From assembly GCA_903894575.1 (NCBI GenBank), contig CAITQQ010000242.1:1-45896 (forward strand): a stretch of 45,896 nt of DNA, in the 5' to 3' direction. A model generated the notes under the pieces. It had not been told where the DNA came from, made no database searches, and was given only the letters and a program-made list of their open reading frames with translations. Source of the stretch: an uncultured bacterium (GTDB taxonomy: Bacteria > Bacteroidota > Bacteroidia > Chitinophagales > Chitinophagaceae). Positions 8,529-17,165 of this stretch are shown piece after piece. Position 1 is the stretch's first letter. Each line of letters opens with the position of its first letter. The position numbers and the translations under genes were made by a program.

Positions 8529-9624
8529 TCAATGCGCTGACAGTTTTCTGATTGTTGTATTTCCCGTTAAGGAAGGCCGCTCTTGTTTCATGATCAGACC
8601 CATCAAATGATTTTTTGAATAATACTTCTGTCATGCCGAGAAACGCATCATTGCTTTCGGCAATATGACAGGTTGAATGGCTGCTCAACTCACAGGCACT
8701 GGTGGAGTTTGTCAGTACATGGCGACCCATTGCAAGGGCCTGATACAAAAGCCCTGTATTGCACTGTGAAACAAAAGATGGCAATATGTTTATTTGCGCT
8801 TTTTTGATCAGATCCTGTAATTCTTTTTCAGAGGGATTGGCGACGAGGCAGGTATGCATTTTTTCATGGGCAGCCTTCTCCAATTGGTCAGAAGGATTGT
8901 CACCTGCAATAACAAATGGAACTTCCAGTGTATTGAATACATTTTGCAACAACCAATTGGCTGCATATGCATGTTCGGTTTTACTCAAATTGCCATGGTA
9001 GAGACAGAAATTACCCATCCCAGATTGAGGCATCACGAATGGCATTTCAATCAATTGTTCAATTACTGTGTAATTGTTTAAGGCTTGAATTTTGCTTTTG
9101 GAGTATTCTGAAGAAACCGCAAATTGAATGGGCGCTGACAACAGTTTATTCATCAATCGTCCAAAGCGGATAGATTCGATGGCACAAAAAAGCTTCTGAC
9201 ATCCCCAGGAGCAAAGACGGGTCAAGTCTCGGAAATGAGTTTGTTCATCTCTCAATAGCCGTACGACGATTTTTCTTTCTTTCTTCAGCGCTGAATCCAA
9301 GAGGGGAGAAACAGTCTTCAGGCCTGCAAATAGAATGGGAAATTGATCTGCTTCAAGTCTTTTAACCAATGACATGTCAGATCTTGAGCTTACAGCATAG
9401 GGTAGTGAAAGGGTATATCCTTTATGACCCTTTTTTTTGGGGTAAAGGTGAAGTTCATGGCAGAAAGGCATCAGGCTTTCAGGTTTTTCTTTTCCAAAAC
9501 AGTGCAGGTGCAACAAAATGCCTTCGCCATGCAGTGCTTTGGTCAGAAAAACAAGTTCTTTGAGTATGCCGGAATCAGATGGCAATGGAACATCGTGCGC
9601 AACAATATGCAAATGTTTATCCAT
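8512..9624 (-). CDS. GT-B fold (GT4-like) glycosyltransferase, diverged
   Basis: N-terminal HLHIVAHDVP, LYHGNLS, FVIAGDNPS and AQINILPS...ALAMGRHVLTN. Start placed at MDKH (9624; 9627 is also possible). Confidence 0.7.
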   Translation of the reverse strand: MDKHLHIVAHDVPLPSDSGILKELVFLTKALHGEGILLHLHCFGKEKPESLMPFCHELHLYPKKKGHKGYTLSLPYAVSSRSDMSLVKRLEADQFPILFAGLKTVSPLLDSALKKERKIVVRLLRDEQTHFRDLTRLCSWGCQKLFCAIESIRFGRLMNKLLSAPIQFAVSSEYSKSKIQALNNYTVIEQLIEMPFVMPQSGMGNFCLYHGNLSKTEHAYAANWLLQNVFNTLEVPFVIAGDNPSDQLEKAAHEKMHTCLVANPSEKELQDLIKKAQINILPSFVSQCNTGLLYQALAMGRHVLTNSTSACELSSHSTCHIAESNDAFLGMTEVLFKKSFDGSDHETRAAFLNGKYNNQKTVSALIRMLY

Positions 9625-9664
9625 CATACCTTCTAAAATACATTTAAGGGTCAATTGTTCTTGC

Positions 9665-9672
9665 TACCTTTG
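9665..9672 (+). promoter_or_regulatory. -7 box for the downstream membrane-protein gene
   Basis: TACCTTTG, 15 nt before ATG 9688. Confidence 0.55.
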
Positions 9673-9687
9673 AATAAATTTCAGAAA

Positions 9688-10203
9688 ATGGTTGATCAAG
9701 ATCAAAATCCAGACCTTTCACCTGTTCGTCCGCGGTTCTTGACCATCCTGTGTTATCTCACGATTTTTGCCAGTACTTACATGATTTTCTCCGCTTTTTC
9801 TGGACTTTCAGATCCTGAAAGCACGGTCAAGGCCATGAACAACAGCATGGACCAGTGGGAATCTGTTCTTCAGGATGCCGTTAAAAATGACCCTTCCGGC
9901 CAATCTAAAGTTGATGAATTGATGGGAGATATTGCGTCCTCCAATACTTCATCCAATATGAGAGATAACAGTTTCTTTTCATTGATTTCCAATTTGTTAA
10001 CAATGATTGGGGCCTTCCTTATGCTTCGCCTGAAAAAAAATGGACTCCGCCTGTACATCCTTGGTTGCATTATTGCCGTAGTTGCACCATTGTTGGTTTT
10101 CGGTTCAGACAATATCATGGGATTTTCCCTGGCACTCATGGCCGGACTGTCAGGGGCACTGTTCATTTTGCTTTATGCATTGAAAATGAAATACATGGAG
10201 TGA
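9688..10203 (+). CDS. Conserved hypothetical integral membrane protein (about 4 TM)
   Basis: RPRFLTILCYLTIFAS first helix, a soluble loop, then three hydrophobic helices. Start moved to ATG 9688. Confidence 0.75.
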   Translation: MVDQDQNPDLSPVRPRFLTILCYLTIFASTYMIFSAFSGLSDPESTVKAMNNSMDQWESVLQDAVKNDPSGQSKVDELMGDIASSNTSSNMRDNSFFSLISNLLTMIGAFLMLRLKKNGLRLYILGCIIAVVAPLLVFGSDNIMGFSLALMAGLSGALFILLYALKMKYME

Positions 10204-10312
10204 AGGGGAAAGGTTTTTCCAATTGTATCAAATCTTTGTTTGTATTGTTAAAAGCACTACCTTCGCAGCCAATTTTCCCGGCAAAATTAAAGATGAATTA
10301 AAATAAACTGAG

Positions 10313-10585
10313 ATGTCAAGCGTAACAAAAGAAAAAAAGTCTTCTATCGTTGCTGAATTCGGTGGCAACCCAAAAAATACCGGATCTATCGAAGGTCAAA
10401 TTGCTTTGCTTACAGAAGAAATCAATGAGATTTCAAAGCACCTTAAAGTTAACAAGAAAGATTTCTCTTCTAACAGAGGATTGATGACCAAGGTTGGTCG
10501 CCGCAAGAGATTGCTGATCTACCTGAGCAGAACCAATCTGTTAGGATACCGTGCCCTCCTTGAGAAATTAGGGTTAAGGAAATAA
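10313..10585 (+). CDS. rpsO: 30S ribosomal protein S15
   Basis: 90 aa. Motifs NTGSIEGQIALLT, HLKVNKKD, VGRRKRLL and KLGLRK. It lies directly upstream of pnp. Confidence 0.97.
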   Translation: MSSVTKEKKSSIVAEFGGNPKNTGSIEGQIALLTEEINEISKHLKVNKKDFSSNRGLMTKVGRRKRLLIYLSRTNLLGYRALLEKLGLRK

Positions 10586-10600
10586 ATAACTGAATCGTAC

Positions 10601-10636
10601 TATTCCCAACACATTCTGTTGGGAATATTGCTTTTT
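10601..10636 (+). terminator. Hairpin between rpsO and pnp (terminator or processing site)
   Basis: Perfect 11-bp stem TATTCCCAACA-cattc-TGTTGGGAATA followed by TTGCTTTTT. Confidence 0.7.
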
Positions 10637-10658
10637 GGAACACTCCCAAAACATTATC

Positions 10659-12812
10659 ATGCTACAACAACCATTTCAATCAAGCTTCGACCTTGGTAAC
10701 GGTCGAATTGTTACAATAGAAACCGGCAGACTTGCCCGTCAGGCTGATGGTTCAGTTACTGTAAGGCAAGGAAATTGCATCATTCTGGCAACAGTATGTG
10801 CCAACAAAGAACCACGTGAAGGACAGGATTTCTTCCCCCTTTCAGTGGATTACCAAGAGAAATTCGCTTCAGCAGGAAGGATCCCAGGATCTTTCTTCAA
10901 GCGTGAAGGCCGTATCACAGATTCTGAAATCCTGATCAGCCGTTTGATCGACAGGGCACTCCGCCCGCTTTTCCCTGAAGATTATCTTTGTGATGTTCAG
11001 GTATTGGTAAGCCTTATTTCATCTGATCCTGAAGTGATGCCAGATTCATTGGCATGTCTTGCTGCATCTGCAGCCCTCGCGGTATCGAATATTCCTATCA
11101 AAGAAGTGATTTCTGAGGTTCGCGTAGCCAGGGTAAATGGTTCATTCATTGTCAATCCAAGCAGGACAGAGCTTGCCTCTGCTGACATGGATTTCATGAT
11201 TGGTGCCACTGCCAAGAACCTGATGATGGTTGAAGGTGAGTCCAAAGAATGTGTTGAAGCAGATGTAGTCAAGGCGCTTGAAATTGCCCATGATGCCATC
11301 CGTGTTCAAATCACAGCCCAGGAAGATCTCAGGCAAAAAGTAGGTGTTGAAGGTAAGCGCGATTACACCAAACCTGCGACCAACGAAGAAATTCAACAAA
11401 AGGTCAATGATTTTGCTACTGAAAGGGTTTATGGCATTTCAAAGGCTGGAAGCAGCAAATACGACAGGAGCAAGGCTTATGATGAGTTGAAAAAAGAAGT
11501 GGTTGCCATGCTTGGAGCAGAAGCCACCCCTGAGCAAATCAAGTTGGCCAAAAAATATTACGAAGACCTCAAGTGGGATGTTGTTCGCAACATGATCCTT
11601 GACGACAGGATCAGGCTTGATGGCCGTTCTCTCGATCAGGTTCGTCCACTGAACATGGAAATCGATGTATTGCCTACACCACACGGTTCAGCATTGTTTA
11701 CCCGCGGTGAAACCCAGTCTCTCACTACCATCACTTTTGGTACACCACTTGACGAATTGTTGGTTGAAAGTGCCGCCAAGTCTGACTATAGCAAGTTCAT
11801 CCTCCACTATAATTTCCCTCCATTCTCAACTGGCGAAGTAAAGCCAATGAGGGGTCCAGGAAGGAGAGAAGTGGGTCACGGAAACCTTGCCCTTCGTTCC
11901 CTCAAGCAAATGATGCCGGGTAATGATTATGCATACACCGTGCGTGTTGTTTCTGATATTCTTGAATCAAACGGTTCGTCTTCAATGGCAACTGTTTGTG
12001 CCGGATCTCTGGCCCTGATGGATGCAGGTGTTCCCATTCCAAAACACGTGAGTGGCGTTGCCATGGGATTGATCACAAGAGCTACTGATGGTAAATACGC
12101 AATCCTTACAGACATTCTTGGTGATGAAGATCATCTTGGTGACATGGACTTCAAGGTTACCGGTACCCGCGATGGTATCTGTGGTATCCAAATGGACATC
12201 AAGATTGATGGCTTGAGCATGGAAACCATGATGGCTGCCCTTGAACAGGCAAGACATGGTCGTTTGCATATCCTCGATCAAATGTATGATTGCATGCCTT
12301 CACACAGGCCTGAGGTTAAGCCACATGCTCCAAGAATGCAGAAATTGTTTATCGATAAGGAATTCATTGGTGCAGTGATCGGACCACAAGGAAAAATCAT
12401 CCAGGAAATCCAGCGCGAAACTGGTACCACCATCAACATTGAGGAAGTGGGTAACCAAGGTGAAGTAAGCGTGTTCAGCCCAGCCAAAGAGGGTCTTGAC
12501 AGGGCAGTTGCCTGGATCAAGGGCATTGTTGCCATGCCTGAGGTTGGAGATGAGTACGATTCCAAAGTCAAGTCTGTGATGCCTTATGGTGCTTTCGTTG
12601 AGTTCATGCCTGGCAAACAAGGATTGCTTCACATCAGTGAAGTGAGCTGGAAACGCCTTGAAACACTTGATGGTATCCTCAAAGAAGGAGATATGGTCAG
12701 GGTTAAATTGATCGGTGTTGACCAGAAGACAGGTAAATTCAAATTGAGCAGGAAAGTATTGATACCAAAACCTGATTTTAATCAGAATGGTGGTGAACAA
12801 TCCTCCAACTAA
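10659..12812 (+). CDS. pnp: Polyribonucleotide nucleotidyltransferase (PNPase)
   Basis: Motifs ETGRLARQADGSV, RREVGHG, ESNGSSSMA, DILGDEDHLGDMDFK, KH domain (VIGPQGKII) and S1 domain (GLLHISE). Start moved to ATG 10659. Confidence 0.98.
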   Translation: MLQQPFQSSFDLGNGRIVTIETGRLARQADGSVTVRQGNCIILATVCANKEPREGQDFFPLSVDYQEKFASAGRIPGSFFKREGRITDSEILISRLIDRALRPLFPEDYLCDVQVLVSLISSDPEVMPDSLACLAASAALAVSNIPIKEVISEVRVARVNGSFIVNPSRTELASADMDFMIGATAKNLMMVEGESKECVEADVVKALEIAHDAIRVQITAQEDLRQKVGVEGKRDYTKPATNEEIQQKVNDFATERVYGISKAGSSKYDRSKAYDELKKEVVAMLGAEATPEQIKLAKKYYEDLKWDVVRNMILDDRIRLDGRSLDQVRPLNMEIDVLPTPHGSALFTRGETQSLTTITFGTPLDELLVESAAKSDYSKFILHYNFPPFSTGEVKPMRGPGRREVGHGNLALRSLKQMMPGNDYAYTVRVVSDILESNGSSSMATVCAGSLALMDAGVPIPKHVSGVAMGLITRATDGKYAILTDILGDEDHLGDMDFKVTGTRDGICGIQMDIKIDGLSMETMMAALEQARHGRLHILDQMYDCMPSHRPEVKPHAPRMQKLFIDKEFIGAVIGPQGKIIQEIQRETGTTINIEEVGNQGEVSVFSPAKEGLDRAVAWIKGIVAMPEVGDEYDSKVKSVMPYGAFVEFMPGKQGLLHISEVSWKRLETLDGILKEGDMVRVKLIGVDQKTGKFKLSRKVLIPKPDFNQNGGEQSSN

Positions 12813-12821
12813 TATTAAATC

Positions 12822-12845
12822 AGCCGGCTTTTAGCCGGCTTTTTT
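12822..12845 (+). terminator. Intrinsic terminator after pnp
   Basis: AGCCGGCT-ttt-AGCCGGCT stem followed by a T tract. Confidence 0.75.
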
Positions 12846-12846
12846 C

Positions 12847-13668
12847 ATGATGACATATTTAGAAATTCATTTTAACGAGATCAGTCCTGAAACAAGTGAT
12901 GTATTGGTGGCATTGTTGCCAGATCTGGGTTTTTCAGGAATGGAAGAAACAGCAACCGGTTTGAAAGCCTATGCGACAGAAGGACAGGTGGATCTATCAG
13001 CCCTTGATGCACTTTGTGCTGAATTAAGCATAAAGTACACCAACGCTGTTTTAAAGGAAGAAAACTGGAATTCCAGCTGGGAATCCAATTTCGATCCTGT
13101 CATTCTTCCCGGTAAGATTCATGTCAGGGCTCATTTCCATCCTCCATTGGAAGGGTTTGAACATGAGATTCTCATCACACCCAAAATGAGCTTTGGCACA
13201 GGCCATCATGCCACCACCAGGATGATGATGCTGGGCATGCTTGAAATGGATTTCACGGGGAAAGAAGTGCTTGATTTTGGAACCGGCACAGGTATTCTGG
13301 CCATCCTTGCTGAAAGGCTTGGCGCATCTTCAATAGAAGCGATAGACAATGATCATTGGAGCATTTCCAATGTAAATGAGAACATCCAATTGAATGCTGC
13401 CCGCAACATCAAGGTTTCCCTTGCAGAAAACCTGGTTGATGTCAGCCCATGTGATATACTCCTGGCCAACATCAATAAACATGTACTGTTGGAACATGCT
13501 TCATCCATGTCCAAGCTGTTAAGACCTGATGGTTTTCTGTTGATCAGTGGTTTATTGGCAGCTGACCAGGAGGATATTGAAGCAGTATTTACACCAATGT
13601 TTGGCAAACCTACCAACCTATACAGTGACAATGGATGGATTGCTTTGGCCTTTAAAAAGGAGTTTTAA
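12847..13668 (+). CDS. prmA: Ribosomal protein L11 methyltransferase
   Basis: Motifs ENWNSSWE, PKMSFGTGHHATT, LDFGTGTGILAI, LANIN and LISGL. Confidence 0.95.
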   Translation: MMTYLEIHFNEISPETSDVLVALLPDLGFSGMEETATGLKAYATEGQVDLSALDALCAELSIKYTNAVLKEENWNSSWESNFDPVILPGKIHVRAHFHPPLEGFEHEILITPKMSFGTGHHATTRMMMLGMLEMDFTGKEVLDFGTGTGILAILAERLGASSIEAIDNDHWSISNVNENIQLNAARNIKVSLAENLVDVSPCDILLANINKHVLLEHASSMSKLLRPDGFLLISGLLAADQEDIEAVFTPMFGKPTNLYSDNGWIALAFKKEF

Positions 13669-13701
13669 CACCTCAGAAAAGGTGGTTTATTAATTTTTTA
13701 T

Positions 13702-13709
13702 TAAATTTG
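13702..13709 (+). promoter_or_regulatory. -7 box for plsY
   Basis: TAAATTTG, 27 nt before the ATG. Confidence 0.55.
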
Positions 13710-13736
13710 TATTCCCCTTAAAGCCAAAAATATTAG

Positions 13737-14396
13737 ATGAACGAAATCTTATTGATCATATTGGCATACATGATTGGGTCTATCCCAACATCGGTCATCA
13801 TCAGCAAAACCCAATTCAATATTGACATCAGGGATTATGGCAGCGGCAATGCCGGTGCTACCAATACTTTCAGGGTGCTCGGTTCAAAATGGGGTAGCTT
13901 CGTCATGATCCTTGATATGCTCAAAGGTTTGGTTGCGGTTAAGTTGGCATTGCTTTTGCCTTATTACATTACCAATGAATTTGAAAGAACCAATTTTCAG
14001 ATTGGGCTTGGTCTTGCAGCAGTGATTGGTCATATATTTCCCATTTGGGCTGAATTCAGGGGAGGCAAAGGTGTTGCCACCCTTTTTGGACTGATCATCG
14101 CCATTTCACCCCTTACAGCCTTGAGCTGCGTGGCCATTTTCCTTGTTGTGCTTTACCTTACCCGATTTGTTTCCTTGAGTTCTATATTGGCAAGCATGGC
14201 TTTTCCGGTTTTTATATTGATCATTTTTAATGTAGACAATATTGCTTACAGGATTTTTGCCATTGCCGTTGCCTTGCTTGTTATCCTCACACACCAGAAA
14301 AATATCGGCAGACTTCTTTCTGGCAGCGAAAGCAAAGTGCCTATTTTCAAAAACCGCGACAAGAGAAAAGCAAGGCGAAACAGCCAGGACTTTTAA
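13737..14396 (+). CDS. plsY: Glycerol-3-phosphate acyltransferase PlsY
   Basis: Motifs YMIGSIP, DIRDYGSGNAGATN, DMLKG, GHIFP...GGKGVAT and HQKNIGRL. Confidence 0.96.
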   Translation: MNEILLIILAYMIGSIPTSVIISKTQFNIDIRDYGSGNAGATNTFRVLGSKWGSFVMILDMLKGLVAVKLALLLPYYITNEFERTNFQIGLGLAAVIGHIFPIWAEFRGGKGVATLFGLIIAISPLTALSCVAIFLVVLYLTRFVSLSSILASMAFPVFILIIFNVDNIAYRIFAIAVALLVILTHQKNIGRLLSGSESKVPIFKNRDKRKARRNSQDF

Positions 14397-14465
14397 GATT
14401 TATTCTTCTTTCTGCATAGCCTTTAAATTCTTTTTAAAGATGCTTTAAATATGTGGAAAAAATGT

Positions 14466-14473
14466 TAATTTTG
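14466..14473 (+). promoter_or_regulatory. -7 box for the hypothetical gene at 14500
   Basis: TAATTTTG, 26 nt before the ATG. Confidence 0.5.
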
Positions 14474-14499
14474 TCAACCCAAACCAAAACTTCCAACAA

Positions 14500-14994
14500 A
14501 TGCTCATCAACATTTTTGACAGGCTCCAGCTTTGTGAGGAAAAGAACGTTCTTGTTCAAGGAATTCCTTCCACATTGGAAAAGTTTTTTACCAAACTCTC
14601 CTTTGCCAAAAACGTAACGCCATTGCTGAAGAGCAGAAAGATAGATTTTGCTTTGGTTTTTGCATTGAATTACAATCAACTTTCCCTGATTCTCAAAGAT
14701 GTTCTTCCTGCATTGCGTTCAAAAGGAAAACTTTGGATCGCTTATCCAAAACCAACGTCTAAAATTGTCAGTGATCTCAACAGGGATTGCACTTGGGAAT
14801 GCCTCCATGCTACAGGCTTTACAAAGATTGACGAAGTGGTGATTGATCATGTTTGGACAGCCCTGAGGTTTTGCACTGAATCTGCCAATGCTGCTTGTGA
14901 TGAGCTTGATATTTCTCTTCTTGATATAGATGCAACAGTCAAAGACGTAATGATGAAACCATCCCGCAAAGTTTCTGCCGTTTCTTCTATGTAA
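14500..14994 (+). CDS. Conserved hypothetical protein (DUF3052-like / YdeI N-terminal-like)
   Basis: The motif LWIAYPKPTSKIVSDLNRD...W...HVWTALRF resembles my recollection of this family. Confidence 0.65.
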   Translation: MLINIFDRLQLCEEKNVLVQGIPSTLEKFFTKLSFAKNVTPLLKSRKIDFALVFALNYNQLSLILKDVLPALRSKGKLWIAYPKPTSKIVSDLNRDCTWECLHATGFTKIDEVVIDHVWTALRFCTESANAACDELDISLLDIDATVKDVMMKPSRKVSAVSSM

Positions 14995-15099
14995 ACTGTT
15001 GTCATGATGGCCTGAAGCAGCATTCATCCATTCAATCTGCCATCCATGTTAAAATTCAAACAGTTACCATTCCATCGTTTTTAAATCCTTGTTTTATGC

Positions 15100-15107
15100 T
15101 ACATTTG
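15100..15107 (+). promoter_or_regulatory. -7 box for lepB-cdd
   Basis: TACATTTG, 20 nt before ATG 15128. Confidence 0.55.
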
Positions 15108-15127
15108 AACACGTAAAGCATAATACA

Positions 15128-16654
15128 ATGGGTATAGGTTGGTTGATTTTTATTGTTGCTACTGTAGGATTTCATGCAGGACTTTATGGGATGTTTAAAA
15201 AAGCCGGACTCGATGGCTGGAAGGCGCTTGTGCCCTTTTACAATACATGGCTGATGGTTAAAAAAATGGAGTTGAAAACCCAATGGTTTTTCTTTCAGCT
15301 TATTCCCATCGCAGGTCAGTTTGTGACCATCTGGCTTTGCATCAAATTTGTAGAGCATTTTGGTAGGTTTTCTGTCCTGCACCACGCAGCAACTGTATTC
15401 ATTCCTTTCATTTATTTTCCCTACCTCGGATTCTCCAAAAACGAGCGGTATGCAGGTATTCCTGTTGTAAAGAATTATCAGAAATCGGCCACAAGGGAAT
15501 GGATTGATGCGGCAGTTTTTGCCATCGTTGCCGCCACCATCATTCGCACCTTTGTTTTTGAAGCCTATGTTATCCCTACTGGTTCAATGGAAAAAACCTT
15601 GCTGGTCAACGACTTTCTGTTTGTCAGCAAAACCAGTTACGGTCCAAGGATTCCCAATACACCCCTTGCCTTTCCATTCGTGCACCATACACTTCCAATC
15701 GGCACTTCAAAATCTTACCTCGAATGGATCAGCCTTCCCTACAACCGCTTTTTTGCAAAGCCCATCGAGAGGAATGATGTGGTTGTGTTCAACTATCCTG
15801 TAGGGGATACGGTCATCAGGGAATTTCAGTCTGAGATCAATTATTATGACTACCTCCGCGCCTATGAATCCAGGGGCGGTACAAGGGATATGTTGATGGC
15901 CGAAAGAGATGACATCATTTCAAGACCAGTGGATAAAAGGGAAAATTTCATCAAACGTTGTGTTGCCATTGCTGGCGATACCTTGTTCATCAGAAACGGC
16001 ACATTGTATGTATCCAATACAATCAACCCCATACCACCAGCTTCTGAAATGCCTTATTATGTTACCCTTAACGGCAATGGTTTCTTTTCTGATGAATTCA
16101 TCAAAAATGAATTGAACATTGATCCCCAAGATCCAGAGCAACGCGATCTCATGCAAATGCAGGACAAGCCCAATACCTATCGGCTTACCCTTACTCCTTC
16201 ACAATTGAAACAGGTTGAATCTTTTCCATTTGTAGTGAAAGACTCCATCATGCCAGACCTGAATTCAAGCGGTTTTGGCAATACTTTCCCTTATGATACG
16301 GCACAATTCAAGTGGAGCGAAGACAATTTCGGTCCATTGTGGGTTCCCCAAAAAGGAAAGTCAATTGAGCTTAACCAAAAGAATATTGCACTCTACAAAA
16401 GGGTGATTGATGTCTATGAGAACAATGAATGGGAAGAGCGTGATGGAAAGATATTGATCAATGGAAAACCTTCAACTTCCTATACATTCAAAATGAACTA
16501 TTACTGGATGATGGGAGACAACAGGCACAATTCTCAGGATTCAAGGTTCTGGGGTTTTGTTCCAGAAGACCATATTGTGGGCAAGGCTTCCATGATCTGG
16601 TTCAGCTGGCAGAATGGCCCAAGATGGAACAGGATTTTCAAGTCCATCAAATAA
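15128..16654 (+). CDS. lepB: Signal peptidase I, long Bacteroidota form
   Basis: Catalytic Ser in IPTGSMEKTL, Lys in NFIKRC, and MMGDNRHNSQDSRFWGFVP. It has a multi-TM N-terminal extension. Start moved to ATG 15128. Confidence 0.95.
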   Translation: MGIGWLIFIVATVGFHAGLYGMFKKAGLDGWKALVPFYNTWLMVKKMELKTQWFFFQLIPIAGQFVTIWLCIKFVEHFGRFSVLHHAATVFIPFIYFPYLGFSKNERYAGIPVVKNYQKSATREWIDAAVFAIVAATIIRTFVFEAYVIPTGSMEKTLLVNDFLFVSKTSYGPRIPNTPLAFPFVHHTLPIGTSKSYLEWISLPYNRFFAKPIERNDVVVFNYPVGDTVIREFQSEINYYDYLRAYESRGGTRDMLMAERDDIISRPVDKRENFIKRCVAIAGDTLFIRNGTLYVSNTINPIPPASEMPYYVTLNGNGFFSDEFIKNELNIDPQDPEQRDLMQMQDKPNTYRLTLTPSQLKQVESFPFVVKDSIMPDLNSSGFGNTFPYDTAQFKWSEDNFGPLWVPQKGKSIELNQKNIALYKRVIDVYENNEWEERDGKILINGKPSTSYTFKMNYYWMMGDNRHNSQDSRFWGFVPEDHIVGKASMIWFSWQNGPRWNRIFKSIK

Positions 16655-16673
16655 ACACCCTTAACCCCAACCT

Positions 16674-17162
16674 ATGGATACCAGAAACATCAACGTCAGT
16701 TTCAAGGTTCACGCCAACGCATCAGCATTGAACGATGCAGACAATGATCTTGTCCTTCGGGCAAGGGAAGTGGCCGCAACAGCCTATGCCCCTTACTCAG
16801 GCTTCAGGGTTGGTGCTGTTGCCCGCATGCAGGATGATAAACTGGTGATGGGTACCAATCAGGAGAATGCATCTTACCCCATTGGTATCTGTGCAGAAAG
16901 GGTACTGCTTGCTGCAGTCTCATCCATTTCACCAGGTCTACCCATTGAAACCATGGCCATCACTTATCAGAGCGATACGGTGGATACTTCAGAACCCATT
17001 GCACCCTGTGGCATGTGCAGACAGGCTTTGGTTGAATTTGAGTCGAGGTTCAACACACCCATGCGGTTGTTGCTGACTGGATCAGCAGGGGAAGTATTTG
17101 AATTTGAAACACCATCAGACCTTTTGCCCATGGCATTCAAGCATTATCATTTGGGCAAATAA
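16674..17162 (+). CDS. cdd: Cytidine deaminase
   Basis: Motifs AYAPYSGFRVGA, NQENASYP, CAERV and PCGMCRQ (three-Cys zinc site). Confidence 0.93.
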   Translation: MDTRNINVSFKVHANASALNDADNDLVLRAREVAATAYAPYSGFRVGAVARMQDDKLVMGTNQENASYPIGICAERVLLAAVSSISPGLPIETMAITYQSDTVDTSEPIAPCGMCRQALVEFESRFNTPMRLLLTGSAGEVFEFETPSDLLPMAFKHYHLGK

Positions 17163-17165
17163 GCC

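Noticed and set aside
13669-13699. CACCT-cagaaa-AGGTG hairpin after prmA
   Set aside because: A 5-bp stem with an interrupted T tract is too weak to call a terminator.
15128-16654. Very long signal peptidase I as a possible fusion or intein
   Set aside because: The N-terminal TM extension and internal insertions are usual for Bacteroidota LepB. I saw no intein or endonuclease motifs.
16674-17162. Cytidine deaminase as an antiphage dCTP deaminase
   Set aside because: It has the standard small Cdd motifs, no kinase-like domain, and a housekeeping context.
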